Shown one piece after another: positions 9,685 through 19,834 of a stretch of DNA of 59,785 nt. This DNA is from a virus (lineage: Duplodnaviria > Caudoviricetes). The notes under the pieces were generated by a model. The model did not search any database. It saw nothing but the letters and a program-made list of their open reading frames with translations, and was not told the origin of the DNA. Positions within the stretch are counted from its first letter, which is position 1. The number at the start of each line of letters is the position of its first letter. Both the position numbers and the translations under genes were made by a program. The DNA lies in the IMG/VR virus record IMGVR_UViG_3300006169_000032, positions 1-59,785 of that record; one strand, written 5' to 3'.

Positions 9685-9899
9685 TGGTGACCTTTGTCGC
9701 AATTCTGGGGCTGCTGATTCTGGCAGCCCTCTTCGTTGGAATCGTCTGGGGATGCGTGGTGTATTTCCGCAGCGGAGCCAACAAGGTACGACAACTGAAT
9801 AAGACATATGAACGTGCCCTCACCCGCATCGCAGCGGGAGCGGCAGACCCACAGAACGAGGCGAGCATCGCCCTATACGAAAAGGAACTAGAAGCGTGA
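9681..9899 (+). CDS. Small membrane protein
   Basis: N-terminal TM; coupled to SPFH gene. Confidence 0.65.
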   Translation: MMVTFVAILGLLILAALFVGIVWGCVVYFRSGANKVRQLNKTYERALTRIAAGAADPQNEASIALYEKELEA

Positions 9900-10720
9900 A
9901 GCGAATTTTTGTGGCCCTTGCCCTAATCCTGGGGCTTGCTGGCTGTTCCAGCATCAACACCCAGGCTGACGAGGCCGGTCTGCACTATTCGGGCGGTAGC
10001 CTGTCGAGTGCAACATTCGAAAACTGCGTTGGCTCGTCCACACGCAACTACGATGGTCCTTCTGACTCTCACTACAAGTACCCCGCTGGTCAGCGTACAT
10101 TCTCGTTTACCGGGCGGGTAGGCTCAGAGGCTCCCCCTATCACTGTTACCACCAATGACGGCCAGGAGTTGTCTGTACCGGGCTTTGTGACATTCACCCT
10201 GAACACTTCCTGCCAGGCTCTCCGCGACTTCCATGAGAAGGTCGGCATCAAGTATCAGGCTTACACTGATGCTGGGTGGGCGGAATTCCTGAATGACTAC
10301 CTCTACGTACCGCTCGCTGCGAGCATGAACGAGGCCAGCCTTCAAGGAAACTGGCAAGACCTTTACTCCAAGGCTGAGGTTCAGACCGCATTTGAGCAGC
10401 AGGTAAAGGCTGACCTTCCTTCTGAGGTCAAGGATGCTCTTGGTGAGGACTTCATCACAATCAACTCTGTGAGCATCGAGAAGCCTCGTCCCGGCCAGGG
10501 ACTCATTGACGGACTTGCCGCAAAGGAAGAGGCTCGTCTGCAAAATGAGGCTCAGGAGCAGCGCAACGCTGTGAACCGCACCAAGTACGACTCATTCAAG
10601 GACTGCCGCCAGGCCGGTATTTCGGAGGACACCTGTCTCGTGCTGAAGTTGGCAGAGGATGGTGACATTGACTTCCTGCCTGTACCTTCTGGGACAGGCG
10701 TCAACCTGAACGCCAGGTAG
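9896..10720 (+). CDS. SPFH/band-7-like lipoprotein
   Basis: Lipobox LAGC; band-7-like core (T.DGQEL.V...VTF.LN) and C-terminal coiled coil. Confidence 0.75.
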   Translation: MKRIFVALALILGLAGCSSINTQADEAGLHYSGGSLSSATFENCVGSSTRNYDGPSDSHYKYPAGQRTFSFTGRVGSEAPPITVTTNDGQELSVPGFVTFTLNTSCQALRDFHEKVGIKYQAYTDAGWAEFLNDYLYVPLAASMNEASLQGNWQDLYSKAEVQTAFEQQVKADLPSEVKDALGEDFITINSVSIEKPRPGQGLIDGLAAKEEARLQNEAQEQRNAVNRTKYDSFKDCRQAGISEDTCLVLKLAEDGDIDFLPVPSGTGVNLNAR

Positions 10721-10729
10721 TCTCAGCAT

Positions 10730-10771
10730 GTGGACCGCCCCTTGCCCGGGGGCGGTCCACGGTGCTATAAT
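10730..10771 (+). promoter_or_regulatory. Hairpin overlapping promoter
   Basis: GTGGACCGCCCC/GGGGCGGTCCAC 12-bp stem, TTGCCC in loop, TATAAT 10766-10771. Confidence 0.7.
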
Positions 10772-10800
10772 GGATGCATCACACGACGAAAGGGAACATC

Positions 10801-11013
10801 ATGCGAGTCAACAAGGTTTCGTTTCTCTATCTAGAGACATACGAGGGCAACGGCAACTGGTTCTGTGAGGCATCTTGGTCTGACACCGAAGAAGGTCGGA
10901 GTCTGGCAATTGAAGCGTATGACGCTCGCAAAAAGACGATGCCACGGCACGGAGATTGCCTACGCCTTCGGTTAGAGCAGAGGTTTTCTGAGGTTATAAG
11001 GGGTTGGAAGTAA
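10801..11013 (+). CDS. Hypothetical protein
   Basis: AAGGGA RBS after promoter. Confidence 0.55.
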   Translation: MRVNKVSFLYLETYEGNGNWFCEASWSDTEEGRSLAIEAYDARKKTMPRHGDCLRLRLEQRFSEVIRGWK

Positions 11014-11307
11014 TGGAAGAACTAGTGCAGAGTGTCTTGCAGGGTATGGCTGCCGTGCAGAACCTACAAAACGTCCTGCGCCAGTATGACGAGAACCTTC
11101 TAGAAATGCTGCGGGTAGCCGACAGCGCGGTCTGGGATATCGTTGACTACATCGAAGAGGAATATCTGTGAACGCACGAAAGTATCTTGACTTCTATCGT
11201 CTTCGTCTACAGAAGATTGAGGATAAGCGAGCCGAGCATGTCAGGGCTTTGTCTGAACTCAACCGTGAGGAAGATGACATTATCCAGGCTATCATTCGGG
11301 AGACTTC

Positions 11308-11508
11308 GTGAGGGACCACACTCTCAACGTCACAGTACCGGCCCGGTTGCTTGACGACCTCCGTGCACTGGCATTGGGATATACCATGAGCCGTGGACAA
11401 TGGCTAAGTCCTCGCACTTTGAGCGACGAAGCCTACTGGATTCTAGAAGACGCTGGTTATGAGACATTTGACGACACCATTCCACTATTCTCTGTGAAGG
11501 AAATATGA
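11308..11508 (+). CDS. Hypothetical protein
   Basis: GTGA/ATGA coupled. Confidence 0.55.
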   Translation: MRDHTLNVTVPARLLDDLRALALGYTMSRGQWLSPRTLSDEAYWILEDAGYETFDDTIPLFSVKEI

Positions 11509-11783
11509 GAGACAAGATTTTTGCAGTCTTGCAAGAAGTGTACGCACGTGACCCAGACGACGACGATTCGTATGCCTGGGACGTGAACGCCTGGCTCGCT
11601 GACCGCCTGGAAACCTATCTCACTGACGGCGAGACAACTTGGTATGGCACCAAGCCTCCCAACCGACGTGAGTTGATTAACCAAATCTGGATGAACTGGT
11701 CAGGGGGCGGTACAGCCGAGATTGCAGCCGACAAGATTCTCCAAGCCCTAGATATGGAGTTGCGTGACGACTATGATTTATGA
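11505..11783 (+). CDS. Hypothetical acidic protein
   Basis: AAGGA RBS, ATGA overlap. Confidence 0.6.
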   Translation: MRDKIFAVLQEVYARDPDDDDSYAWDVNAWLADRLETYLTDGETTWYGTKPPNRRELINQIWMNWSGGGTAEIAADKILQALDMELRDDYDL

Positions 11784-11896
11784 CCACGATGCAGACATAG
11801 TTAGTTGCCCTCGGTGTGGTGGCGACACAATTTGGGGTGTCGTGGAAATCTATGGCAAGTGTGGACGCTGCCTGAAGCAAGATTGGAAGGAACGAA

Positions 11897-12106
11897 ATGG
11901 TCGTCACAGTGACGAATGAGGTAGAAGGCGAAATCACGTACCGTCTAGAAGACGATAAGCATGTGAACATCGACTACCGGACCCTTCGTGACACACCGTC
12001 CAACCATACACTGTCCTTTGACCGGCGCGAAGAGTCTTTGCGCTTCATCTTTCGGGCGGTGGGGTCCAGGCTGGAAGTCGGATGGAGAATAAAGGAAGTA
12101 ACATGA
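11897..12106 (+). CDS. Hypothetical protein
   Basis: AAGGA RBS; C-terminus similar to 12348..12560. Confidence 0.6.
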   Translation: MVVTVTNEVEGEITYRLEDDKHVNIDYRTLRDTPSNHTLSFDRREESLRFIFRAVGSRLEVGWRIKEVT

Positions 12107-12351
12107 CGTACATGCGTGAGCATCACATTAGGGTTCACCCAGACAGCAATGTCGAAGCGGGTGTGGACCACCCTAACCTCTGGCAAATCTTCTTTAAGAT
12201 TGTCATGCCGCAGCAATTTCTCAACGACCTGTATGCAGAGATTGTAAGCCTTCCCGATGATGTGTGGAGCACTAGCCCGGTACTGAGACAGATTGTCAAG
12301 GAAATTGACTTCTGCTATAAATACAACCCTAACATTCGGAGTCGTAAGTGA
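12103..12351 (+). CDS. Hypothetical protein
   Basis: ATGA overlap. Confidence 0.55.
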   Translation: MTYMREHHIRVHPDSNVEAGVDHPNLWQIFFKIVMPQQFLNDLYAEIVSLPDDVWSTSPVLRQIVKEIDFCYKYNPNIRSRK

Positions 12352-12560
12352 TGGTCGTCCTAGAGAAGAACGGAAGCCGTCACACCTACTGGCTGGAAGG
12401 CAGGCTGGTATGGAAGAGATACGAAGACTTCGACGGCGTGAGTTTTCTGGACTTCGACAGGCAGAAGACACCTGATGCAGCGACCGACTACATCTGGACT
12501 TTGATAAACAGCCACCTGAGAGTCGGGTGGCGAGTAGTAGAATCGAACGGACTAGAATGA
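12348..12560 (+). CDS. Hypothetical protein
   Basis: GTGA overlap. Confidence 0.55.
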   Translation: MMVVLEKNGSRHTYWLEGRLVWKRYEDFDGVSFLDFDRQKTPDAATDYIWTLINSHLRVGWRVVESNGLE

Positions 12561-12707
12561 ACAACATTTGGATTCAGACACACATCTTATTGTTCGCTTT
12601 GCAGGTTGTGGCATTGTCTTTGGGTGCGTCAGCGGGTATAGTTACCGTCCCGTTCGTCGTGCTCCATTTTGTTACCGCCTTTGGCTTTGAGTTTCTAGGA
12701 GAACGTC

Positions 12708-13250
12708 GTGACGTGGACTCCCACAATTCCTAACTGCGACCAGTATCTCTCAGAGCGAGAAGGGAAGTATGAGTATCGGGCAATCCGCTACCGGGCCGCA
12801 ATCGACCGCATGAGAGACTTCGGCCTGGATGACACCATGACGGTTGTCGATATCGGGGCCGGTATGACAGAGTTCGACTACTGTCTCAGAGCAGAGTATA
12901 ACTGGCGAGGCCGGTATATCCCCATTGACGGTGGAATCGACGGAACCGACCTCAACGTCTGGACACCGCCCCGCGAAGCGCACTGGTTCGTGGCCCTGGA
13001 AATTTTGGAGCACCTGTCCAAGCCCTTCACCCTGCTGGAGAAATTAAAGGCGTACAGCGTCAAGGGAGTGGTCGTCTCGACGCCCAATCCAGAGACTACC
13101 GACGTGCTGGGCATGGACCCGACGCACCGACAAGCCATTCACAGGGTTGACCTGGAACGGGCCGGTATGGTAGTCGTGGAGACGACCTTCTATGGTGGAG
13201 TATTCAGCAACGGACAACCCGATTCACTGTTTGGAATATATACAAGGTGA
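12708..13250 (+). CDS. SAM-dependent methyltransferase (class I)
   Basis: VVDIGAG motif I, ALEILEHL, VVSTPN. Confidence 0.82.
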   Translation: MTWTPTIPNCDQYLSEREGKYEYRAIRYRAAIDRMRDFGLDDTMTVVDIGAGMTEFDYCLRAEYNWRGRYIPIDGGIDGTDLNVWTPPREAHWFVALEILEHLSKPFTLLEKLKAYSVKGVVVSTPNPETTDVLGMDPTHRQAIHRVDLERAGMVVVETTFYGGVFSNGQPDSLFGIYTR

Positions 13251-13441
13251 AAGTCAGATTCCTCACGCTCACCAACGCTGAGCACATGACGAACGCCATT
13301 CAGGGGTTGGCCGATGAAGGCTGGCGGGTAGAGCACATGAGTACCGCCGCTGTTGTCACAAGGAAGTCTGACTACTCGGCCTATTTCGAGACTCAGCACC
13401 ACATTACAGTTATGATGGTCAAGGAAGATGATGAAGTGTAA
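13247..13441 (+). CDS. Small hypothetical protein (LADEGW motif)
   Basis: GTGA overlap. Confidence 0.55.
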   Translation: MKVRFLTLTNAEHMTNAIQGLADEGWRVEHMSTAAVVTRKSDYSAYFETQHHITVMMVKEDDEV

Positions 13442-13595
13442 AATCTTGAAGACCTACGATGTTCCAAGCATGGAAAAGTCGGTCAACGACCTGCTGGAAC
13501 AGGGATGGTTCATTCACTCTGTTGCTATGGGTGGAGCACACTACGGCGATTCCGCCCGAATGTTGATTGTCATGGCAAAGGATGAAGAAGTATGA
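13431..13595 (+). CDS. Small hypothetical protein (LLEQGW motif), paralogue of previous ORF
   Basis: Translated by hand, 54 aa; AAGGA RBS. Confidence 0.55.
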   Translation: MKCKILKTYDVPSMEKSVNDLLEQGWFIHSVAMGGAHYGDSARMLIVMAKDEEV

Positions 13596-14089
13596 AACTT
13601 CCCGACTTCCCCGGTGACAACTGGCATGAGAAGATTACCAGCGAGAAGTTTGCTCTTTGGTACTTCAGTGTTTGCATCTTCTTGCTGGTGGTGTTTCTGT
13701 GAAGCACCCCCATTCTGAGATTGAACGACTCAGGCAACTTGCAAATGAGAATGACAAGGACTGGACACCGATGGTGGGGGAGTCTGTCAAGGCTACCTCT
13801 CACTACCGCTCGCCGGTCCAGATATGCGATTACGTGTACTATGGTATACTGTTAGCAGAGACCCCCTTGACGTACATCGTGCAGACGGGTTACACTAAGG
13901 TGACACTATGGAAAGAGAACACCACGATAAGAAAGTGGAGCAAAGAGCCACCGCTGTCCTCATCTGGATAGTTGCGGGTGCTCTGCTGTTCGCATATCTC
14001 ACAGCAGGAACCGAGGGCGCAACCTTGGTCTTTCTGGCAGGTATGCTAGGTGGTGCTGTCACCGGGCTGATAATCTGGGCGGTAGAAAA

Positions 14090-14905
14090 ATGGAAATAGC
14101 AATGTTCATATGGGCTGGAGGTATGCTCAGCGTGTGGCTTATGAGAAAGAGCCAGGAAAAGGACTTGGAGGCGGAATACTCCAAGGATATCTACCTGTAT
14201 GAGAACAGATGGCAGCGCCCCGAGTATGTCGCCACCATTCATGCCACCCAGAAGCAGGAGCGAGAATACTACGGCCACGAGAAGACTTTCTGCGAATGCC
14301 CAGAGCATGTCGAGGAACGTGAAGAGGCAGCAAGAAAGATTGAGCGTGAACTTGAACGTGAGGCTGACCGAAAGCGTGCGGAAGAACGCAGAAAGCGTGA
14401 GAGAGAGGAAGAGGCGATACGTCGCCAGAGACTTCACCGTGAGGCTGAGCAGCGTCGTCGTGATGAACAGGCCAGACTGAAGAAACTTGTCCAGAATTCG
14501 GGCCGGTGGCCCCAAGAGGTCCCCGATTATGCCAAGGTAGACACTCTAGCCAAACACGGTGACGAGTATTACTACTTCTGGTGGGAAGACAATGGATATT
14601 GGGGTTACTACCTCCCCGTTCGTGACTTCTACTGTGTCAAGTGTGACAAGCCCTTTGGCTATTCCGGCTCCCGTCCTTACTGCCTATCATGTCTGAAAAG
14701 ATGGGATGCGGCATATATTCGTCCCACCCCAGAGAGGACAGTCCTAGAACATATACCCCCAAAAGCACCTGAGGTAGAACGGTCTACCCTAACCGATAAA
14801 GAGTACAAGGACTTCAGGCAGTATCTCACCGATGCTATGATTGAAGCCAACAAGATACAAAGCGTGATAGACCCCGCCCACTTACGTAAAATGTGGAGAG
14901 TCTAG
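14090..14905 (+). CDS. Hypothetical protein with N-terminal TM, charged coiled coil and Zn finger
   Basis: E/R-rich helix; CVKC...CLSC. Confidence 0.7.
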   Translation: MEIAMFIWAGGMLSVWLMRKSQEKDLEAEYSKDIYLYENRWQRPEYVATIHATQKQEREYYGHEKTFCECPEHVEEREEAARKIERELEREADRKRAEERRKREREEEAIRRQRLHREAEQRRRDEQARLKKLVQNSGRWPQEVPDYAKVDTLAKHGDEYYYFWWEDNGYWGYYLPVRDFYCVKCDKPFGYSGSRPYCLSCLKRWDAAYIRPTPERTVLEHIPPKAPEVERSTLTDKEYKDFRQYLTDAMIEANKIQSVIDPAHLRKMWRV

Positions 14906-14937
14906 ACACGAGCCGGTAGTCATGGTATAATGGAGGT

Positions 14938-15204
14938 ATGAAGACGGAGAACGTCGTCATTGACCATCTGGACTTTGACTACCGGCCTCCGTGTGAGGTC
15001 GTCTGGGGAGAAACATGCCAGGGCCGAAACCCCGCAACATGGCGAGTGAGGCTCCCACAGTGTTGTTCCAAACCCCCGACCGTAATCCTCTTCTGTGACG
15101 GCTGTCTTCAGAAGAAGTTGTCACGACCGTACTTGATTTGCTCGTGGTGCAGCCATAAGTTTCAGCCTGCATTCACTGGCTACGACTCGATGGAGAAATT
15201 CTGA
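14938..15204 (+). CDS. Cys-rich hypothetical protein
   Basis: GGTATAATGGAGGT directly upstream; multiple CxxC. Confidence 0.65.
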   Translation: MKTENVVIDHLDFDYRPPCEVVWGETCQGRNPATWRVRLPQCCSKPPTVILFCDGCLQKKLSRPYLICSWCSHKFQPAFTGYDSMEKF

Positions 15205-15437
15205 TGGACGAAGGTTTTCCGCCTGAGCAGAACGAGCAGGCTCTACTCTTCGCAGCAAACGCACACTACACCATGAACAGGCTTGCAGGCATCCTAGAAA
15301 ATGCAGGACGCAGCCATGAGGACGAGGGCGTGATTGCCACCGCAGAAATTCTGAGGGACGCTCTCAGCCTCGCCCCCGAGCGCATCGCTGAAATGGGTGA
15401 GATTCTGAGCCTGGAAGCACAGTTTGGGGAGTCATGA
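15204..15437 (+). CDS. Hypothetical protein
   Basis: TGATG overlap. Confidence 0.6.
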   Translation: MDEGFPPEQNEQALLFAANAHYTMNRLAGILENAGRSHEDEGVIATAEILRDALSLAPERIAEMGEILSLEAQFGES

Positions 15438-15931
15438 TTATCAAGCACAAGCCGCCATTGATTCATCTAACGATGTATGAAAACGGCTATTTTCACGCGA
15501 CCCTATGGACTGTCACCCTCTTAGTTCTCTTTGTCGCTGCCGTGGCGTTCATCCCCTCCCAAGATTATGCTGGTAATATATTAGCCTGGTGGATTTCTGT
15601 GGGAATAGTAGTATTGTGGCAGGCTGTCATGTGGTTCTACCGCAGATTTGGATATTACCGCCTTGGTATCAACCAGCGTGAGGCGCTAGACCTTTACTGG
15701 TCGTTGGATAAGAAAACACGCAAGGAACTCCCTAATCTAGAGAAGGTAATTGAAGAGAACGGCAACCCCGAGGCATACTGGATGATTCATCGACTGAAGA
15801 AAATCGCTGAGAACCGAGCACAGATTAATTCTATCAATATTGCTCGTGACGAACGCCTGCGTGAGGCAAAGGAAGTTCTGCAAAGAGAGGCCGACCTCTC
15901 CGAGCAAGAAGTACGTGAGCAAATTGGCTAA
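15434..15931 (+). CDS. Membrane protein with C-terminal coiled coil
   Basis: Two TM segments. Confidence 0.65.
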   Translation: MIIKHKPPLIHLTMYENGYFHATLWTVTLLVLFVAAVAFIPSQDYAGNILAWWISVGIVVLWQAVMWFYRRFGYYRLGINQREALDLYWSLDKKTRKELPNLEKVIEENGNPEAYWMIHRLKKIAENRAQINSINIARDERLREAKEVLQREADLSEQEVREQIG

Positions 15932-16386
15932 GTCGGGTTATTGTATAACTGGCCGACATAGGGGTAAACCCGCTGAGATTTCGGGCCGGGAGTGTCCAGG
16001 GAAGTTTCTCGGAGTCCTCACCAACAATGTCACCTATTGCAGTTGCAAGTGCCATAAGGAAGAGAAATGAACGACTTTGCACGCCGCTTCCGGCAAGAGC
16101 AGGAAGAGTTAGCAGCCAGCAAGTTTGAGCGGGTCTACTGCTCAGGCATGATTTCCACCAACACCTTCTATCTTTGTCTCAATGGCTGCGGGCTCGTGGT
16201 CTGGGACCGGGATGCCCACCGTCAGACATGCGTCCTTGACAAGTAAAAAGTCGGGCGGTATAATGGTGGTACAGGAGGCATCATGTTCGTATGGATGCAA
16301 AATGACGACCACGAACTCTATTACGGTATAGAGCAGGGCGACGAAGAGTACGAAGACGTTGAAGACCTAACATCACGGAGAGTATA

Positions 16387-16623
16387 GTGCAGAATTTACC
16401 GGAAGTCAAGGGCTGGGAGTGGGTCCGCAGGATTGGCGCGGGTGGAGGCAACTTCCAGGTAGGCGTTCGCAAGATGGCCGCGCCTAATATCACGCTCTGG
16501 TCACAGTGGTATCCTCTACAAATCGGTACCGCCCGACTCAATGACATTATCAGGGAACTCGCGAGCGACACCTACAACTACGACCAAGTATACAAGAACC
16601 TGGATTTGTTCAAGCCAGCATGA
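16387..16623 (+). CDS. Hypothetical protein
   Basis: GGAG RBS, ATGA overlap. Confidence 0.55.
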   Translation: MQNLPEVKGWEWVRRIGAGGGNFQVGVRKMAAPNITLWSQWYPLQIGTARLNDIIRELASDTYNYDQVYKNLDLFKPA

Positions 16624-16919
16624 CCGAGACCTATGAGTTCATCTTCAAATTCGTCATCACCGAGCACTATGCTGAGTCGGGGTGGCACGAGCCATGGATG
16701 ACCGGCAAGCCGGAATGGCGTTATGAACTATACATTGATGGTGTGTTCAAAGACTACACCTATTCCTACCGGCGACTTTCCAGGCCGGAAGTGTGGGACA
16801 AGATGTGCAAGAACCTGTCCTGGCACACCCACCACAGGCGAGGGGTCATTGCCGACGACCGGCCAATGCCCAGACCGCGCCGCACCCAGACTGTTAACCT
16901 GAAGGAGGATTTGCTGTGA
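16620..16919 (+). CDS. Hypothetical protein
   Basis: Coupled ORF. Confidence 0.6.
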   Translation: MTETYEFIFKFVITEHYAESGWHEPWMTGKPEWRYELYIDGVFKDYTYSYRRLSRPEVWDKMCKNLSWHTHHRRGVIADDRPMPRPRRTQTVNLKEDLL

Positions 16920-17110
16920 TTACTGAAGAAGATATCGCCAAGGCCATTGCTGGATATGTCATCGGTCCTCCCGAGGCATGGGGGAATAGTGAACGAGACG
17001 TTGAGAATGTTCTCCGTCTCTACCGGGCGGTAGCCAAGAATGTCGTCCAGCCATTGCTGAAGCAAGCATGGGACGAGGGCAACCAAGGAAGCGAAAACCC
17101 ATATGAGTGA
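16916..17110 (+). CDS. Hypothetical protein
   Basis: AAGGAGG RBS. Confidence 0.6.
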   Translation: MITEEDIAKAIAGYVIGPPEAWGNSERDVENVLRLYRAVAKNVVQPLLKQAWDEGNQGSENPYE

Positions 17111-17294
17111 CTGGAAGGAACGTGCTTTGCGAGCAGAAGCGCAGGTCGCGGCGGTACGGGCGCTGTGCGATGACACCGAGCGGGCGACTGGTCATATGTG
17201 GGTCGATGCCGTCCTGCCTATCGCCCATGTTCGCGCCGCCCTCGACGCCCTCGCCCTCCCCGCCGACCAGGCCCCGCCGACCGGGGAGGAATAA
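17103..17294 (+). CDS. Hypothetical protein (GC-rich)
   Basis: Coupled ORF with markedly higher GC. Confidence 0.6.
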   Translation: MSDWKERALRAEAQVAAVRALCDDTERATGHMWVDAVLPIAHVRAALDALALPADQAPPTGEE

Positions 17295-17497
17295 TGGCTT
17301 ACATCTACCCCTGTCAAGGTTGCTGGTTCGGAGACCATTCCAAGCATAATCCCACTGTCATACCGAGCCCGGTAGAGGGTGAGGAAGGTCTAGGAGGGGC
17401 TGTATGCGACTGTCAGGGCGAGTGTGAGGCGTCAGAAAAATCGCCGGTAGACAAGGTACTGGAGGCAATTTTTAAGTACCGTCAGGAGCCACTGTGA
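17294..17497 (+). CDS. Cys/His-rich small protein
   Basis: GGAGG RBS; CQGC..GDHSKH...GG..CDCQGECE. Confidence 0.65.
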   Translation: MAYIYPCQGCWFGDHSKHNPTVIPSPVEGEEGLGGAVCDCQGECEASEKSPVDKVLEAIFKYRQEPL

Positions 17498-17691
17498 TAA
17501 CCCTTGATATCTACCGGGCCGGTAAGTTGGTGGAAATGCACACCGCAGGCGACGTCCTCGGTATGCTCCGTCTATTGTCAGTATGGTATGTCAGAGAGCA
17601 ACTGGAAATCCCTGGCACAAAGTTCATCGTTCGTAATATGAACAAGACGGTTACCGGACGTTCCGAGCATGAGGAAGGACCGACACATTGA
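17494..17691 (+). CDS. Hypothetical protein
   Basis: GTGA overlap, AGGAG RBS. Confidence 0.5.
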   Translation: MITLDIYRAGKLVEMHTAGDVLGMLRLLSVWYVREQLEIPGTKFIVRNMNKTVTGRSEHEEGPTH

Positions 17692-17894
17692 GTCTCATAA
17701 CCACAGTCAAAAAAGAGGATGGTTCCATCCACGTTACCGGAATTTCTCTTGATGGCATCGTAATGGCCAAGACAATTGAGACGCTCTTTCGTAAGGGCGA
17801 GGACATTGAGACAATTGCTGAGCGGGCCGGTATGAAGGTTGTTGACATTCAAGTCCTCTACACCATCGCAAGACAGTTTGGATACATAGAGTGA
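17688..17894 (+). CDS. Hypothetical protein, possible HTH
   Basis: IETIAERAGMKVVDI resembles an HTH turn. Confidence 0.5.
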   Translation: MSLITTVKKEDGSIHVTGISLDGIVMAKTIETLFRKGEDIETIAERAGMKVVDIQVLYTIARQFGYIE

Positions 17895-18497
17895 GCGCAC
17901 CGATTCTGGCTGCGATTGTCTCGGCGTACCTCTTGCTAAACCCCTGGACACGTGCTATAATGAGAGCGTGCTTCACCCACATCAGAGGCACGACCATCAT
18001 ACATCGTGACGAGCAAGGGAAATTTTGGTATGAGCATGAGACAGGAAGTATTCGCTGAGGACGTCAGGGATATCATCTACAGGCTGAAGCACCTTGAAAC
18101 TCTGGATGACAACACGGACGTTATTGCCAGCGACCTAGAGGAAATTCTCAACGACTACGTGGACCCACAATGACACCTTCGACAAAGATGGACTACTACC
18201 TGCTCAAAGGTGAGGTCTTCATTCCGGCAGAGACGATGATTCTGCACCTCTATAAGAATGGTGCGCATGACCTCGCCGCCGAGTTGGAGACTTTCGTGGC
18301 TAATGTCAAGAAAAAGAAGGGCTTGCCGTGAACACACAGGAACAGCAGGATTTTAGCCGCAAGTGTGCGGCCTTGCTTGACCTTTGGCTGGTTGAGGTAC
18401 GCCACCACCCAGAAGAGAGCAGAGATATCAAGCAAGCAATCTCGACGTTGAGGCGGTATGTCAAGTGAGTGTGCGGAATACTGGAAGGTGCTGAGCG

Positions 18498-18980
18498 ATG
18501 AAGTCAACACTGATACCCACTGACCACCAGACGGGTCGGGAGTATTACTGGACTCCCGGTATTCTATTGGAATTGCCCAAATACTGGAACTGCCACCGCA
18601 AGAACTTTGCTAGACAGGAACTCAGTATCTTTGACAGGTTTTATGACATGGCCGAGGGAGACCGTCGTACTGAGTTGCTTCGCACCGCTCTAGAGGATGC
18701 GGCGAACGACCACGCGCACCACCACTCACACCGCTGGCCGTGGCATGAGTCGTGGAAGGGCAGCATTCAAATCGCCTTCCCGCTCTCGTGGAAGTGGAGC
18801 CGGTTCAAGATTTGGTACATGGGCAAGCCCGCCTACGGCAAGGGCATCTTCGACCTGAGAAAGCGTCCTAACTGTGATGAGTGCGGGGCGGTAGCACATT
18901 ATTACAGGTGGGAAGATAACGGTAAGCAAGGGTCTGGAAGAGTGATGTGGATGAAGCACACCTGTGAGGCACACCGATGA
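18498..18980 (+). CDS. Hypothetical protein
   Basis: 160-aa ORF, ATGA overlap downstream. Confidence 0.6.
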   Translation: MKSTLIPTDHQTGREYYWTPGILLELPKYWNCHRKNFARQELSIFDRFYDMAEGDRRTELLRTALEDAANDHAHHHSHRWPWHESWKGSIQIAFPLSWKWSRFKIWYMGKPAYGKGIFDLRKRPNCDECGAVAHYYRWEDNGKQGSGRVMWMKHTCEAHR

Positions 18981-19285
18981 ACATTCCTAATGAGTGGGTG
19001 GAGAAGGCTGCGGAGGTTCTATGTCGAGGAACCGATTATCGTCAGTGTATAAACTATGACCCTGAGGTCACCACTGGCTGTACCAAATGTGAAGACGAGT
19101 CTCGTCTTGCTCTTAATGCCGTTCTCCCTGACATTTTGGAGGCGATAGCGCAGGAGATTGAGAATAGAGTAAAATTGGTCACTGACTCTGCTGATGAACC
19201 ACTTAACGGATTCATTCAGGGACAGGTAGACGGCGCTCTTGCTGCCGCCCGAATTGTTCGTAACTTTGGAGTAGATAATGGATGA
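18977..19285 (+). CDS. Hypothetical protein
   Basis: Coupled ORF. Confidence 0.6.
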   Translation: MNIPNEWVEKAAEVLCRGTDYRQCINYDPEVTTGCTKCEDESRLALNAVLPDILEAIAQEIENRVKLVTDSADEPLNGFIQGQVDGALAAARIVRNFGVDNG

Positions 19286-19541
19286 CATTGGCTGGTACAA
19301 CAATGAAACTGGACAGTGGGATAAGAAATCCCCTGACCTACCGGCCTTTTTGAACTCATTGGTCAACAGTCGCTACCATGCTCACAAGATTGTAGAGTGG
19401 GCGGTACAGGAAAGTTGCTACTTCTGCGGCTACCCTGCCTCTCATAAAGTAGAGGAAGAAACATTTGAGCCGGTACACCCATTGACCGCCTATGTATGCT
19501 GCAATCATTTCTGGGGAGGTTGCCGCAATGGAACTTCGTAA
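19278..19541 (+). CDS. Hypothetical Cys-containing protein
   Basis: Preceded by repeat RBS. Confidence 0.6.
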   Translation: MDDIGWYNNETGQWDKKSPDLPAFLNSLVNSRYHAHKIVEWAVQESCYFCGYPASHKVEEETFEPVHPLTAYVCCNHFWGGCRNGTS

Positions 19542-19553
19542 CTTTGGAGCAGA

Positions 19554-19745
19554 ATGAACGACCTATTCGATAGGGTAGATGAATTCATCCAAGAACACGG
19601 ATATGTGACGGGACAGGAGTTCTTGGACATAACCAATAACGATATGCCGCTGTATCATGCGTATGTGGCGTATTGGGACGCTATAATTATACCGGATTTG
19701 TCCGATGAAATTGAGCGTAGAATTCGTAACTTTGGAGCAGAATGA
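19554..19745 (+). CDS. Hypothetical protein
   Basis: Preceded by repeat RBS. Confidence 0.6.
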   Translation: MNDLFDRVDEFIQEHGYVTGQEFLDITNNDMPLYHAYVAYWDAIIIPDLSDEIERRIRNFGAE

Positions 19746-19819
19746 CTTGGTTAGGAATAACTGCCTTGGTACTAATTGCTATTGGATTAGGCTTTGTGTG
19801 GTGGGCAAACCGTGAGTAA
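19742..19819 (+). CDS. 25-aa single-TM peptide
   Basis: MTWLGITALVLIAIGLGFVWWANRE between two repeat copies. Confidence 0.55.
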   Translation: MTWLGITALVLIAIGLGFVWWANRE

Positions 19820-19834
19820 CTTTGGAGACAAGTA

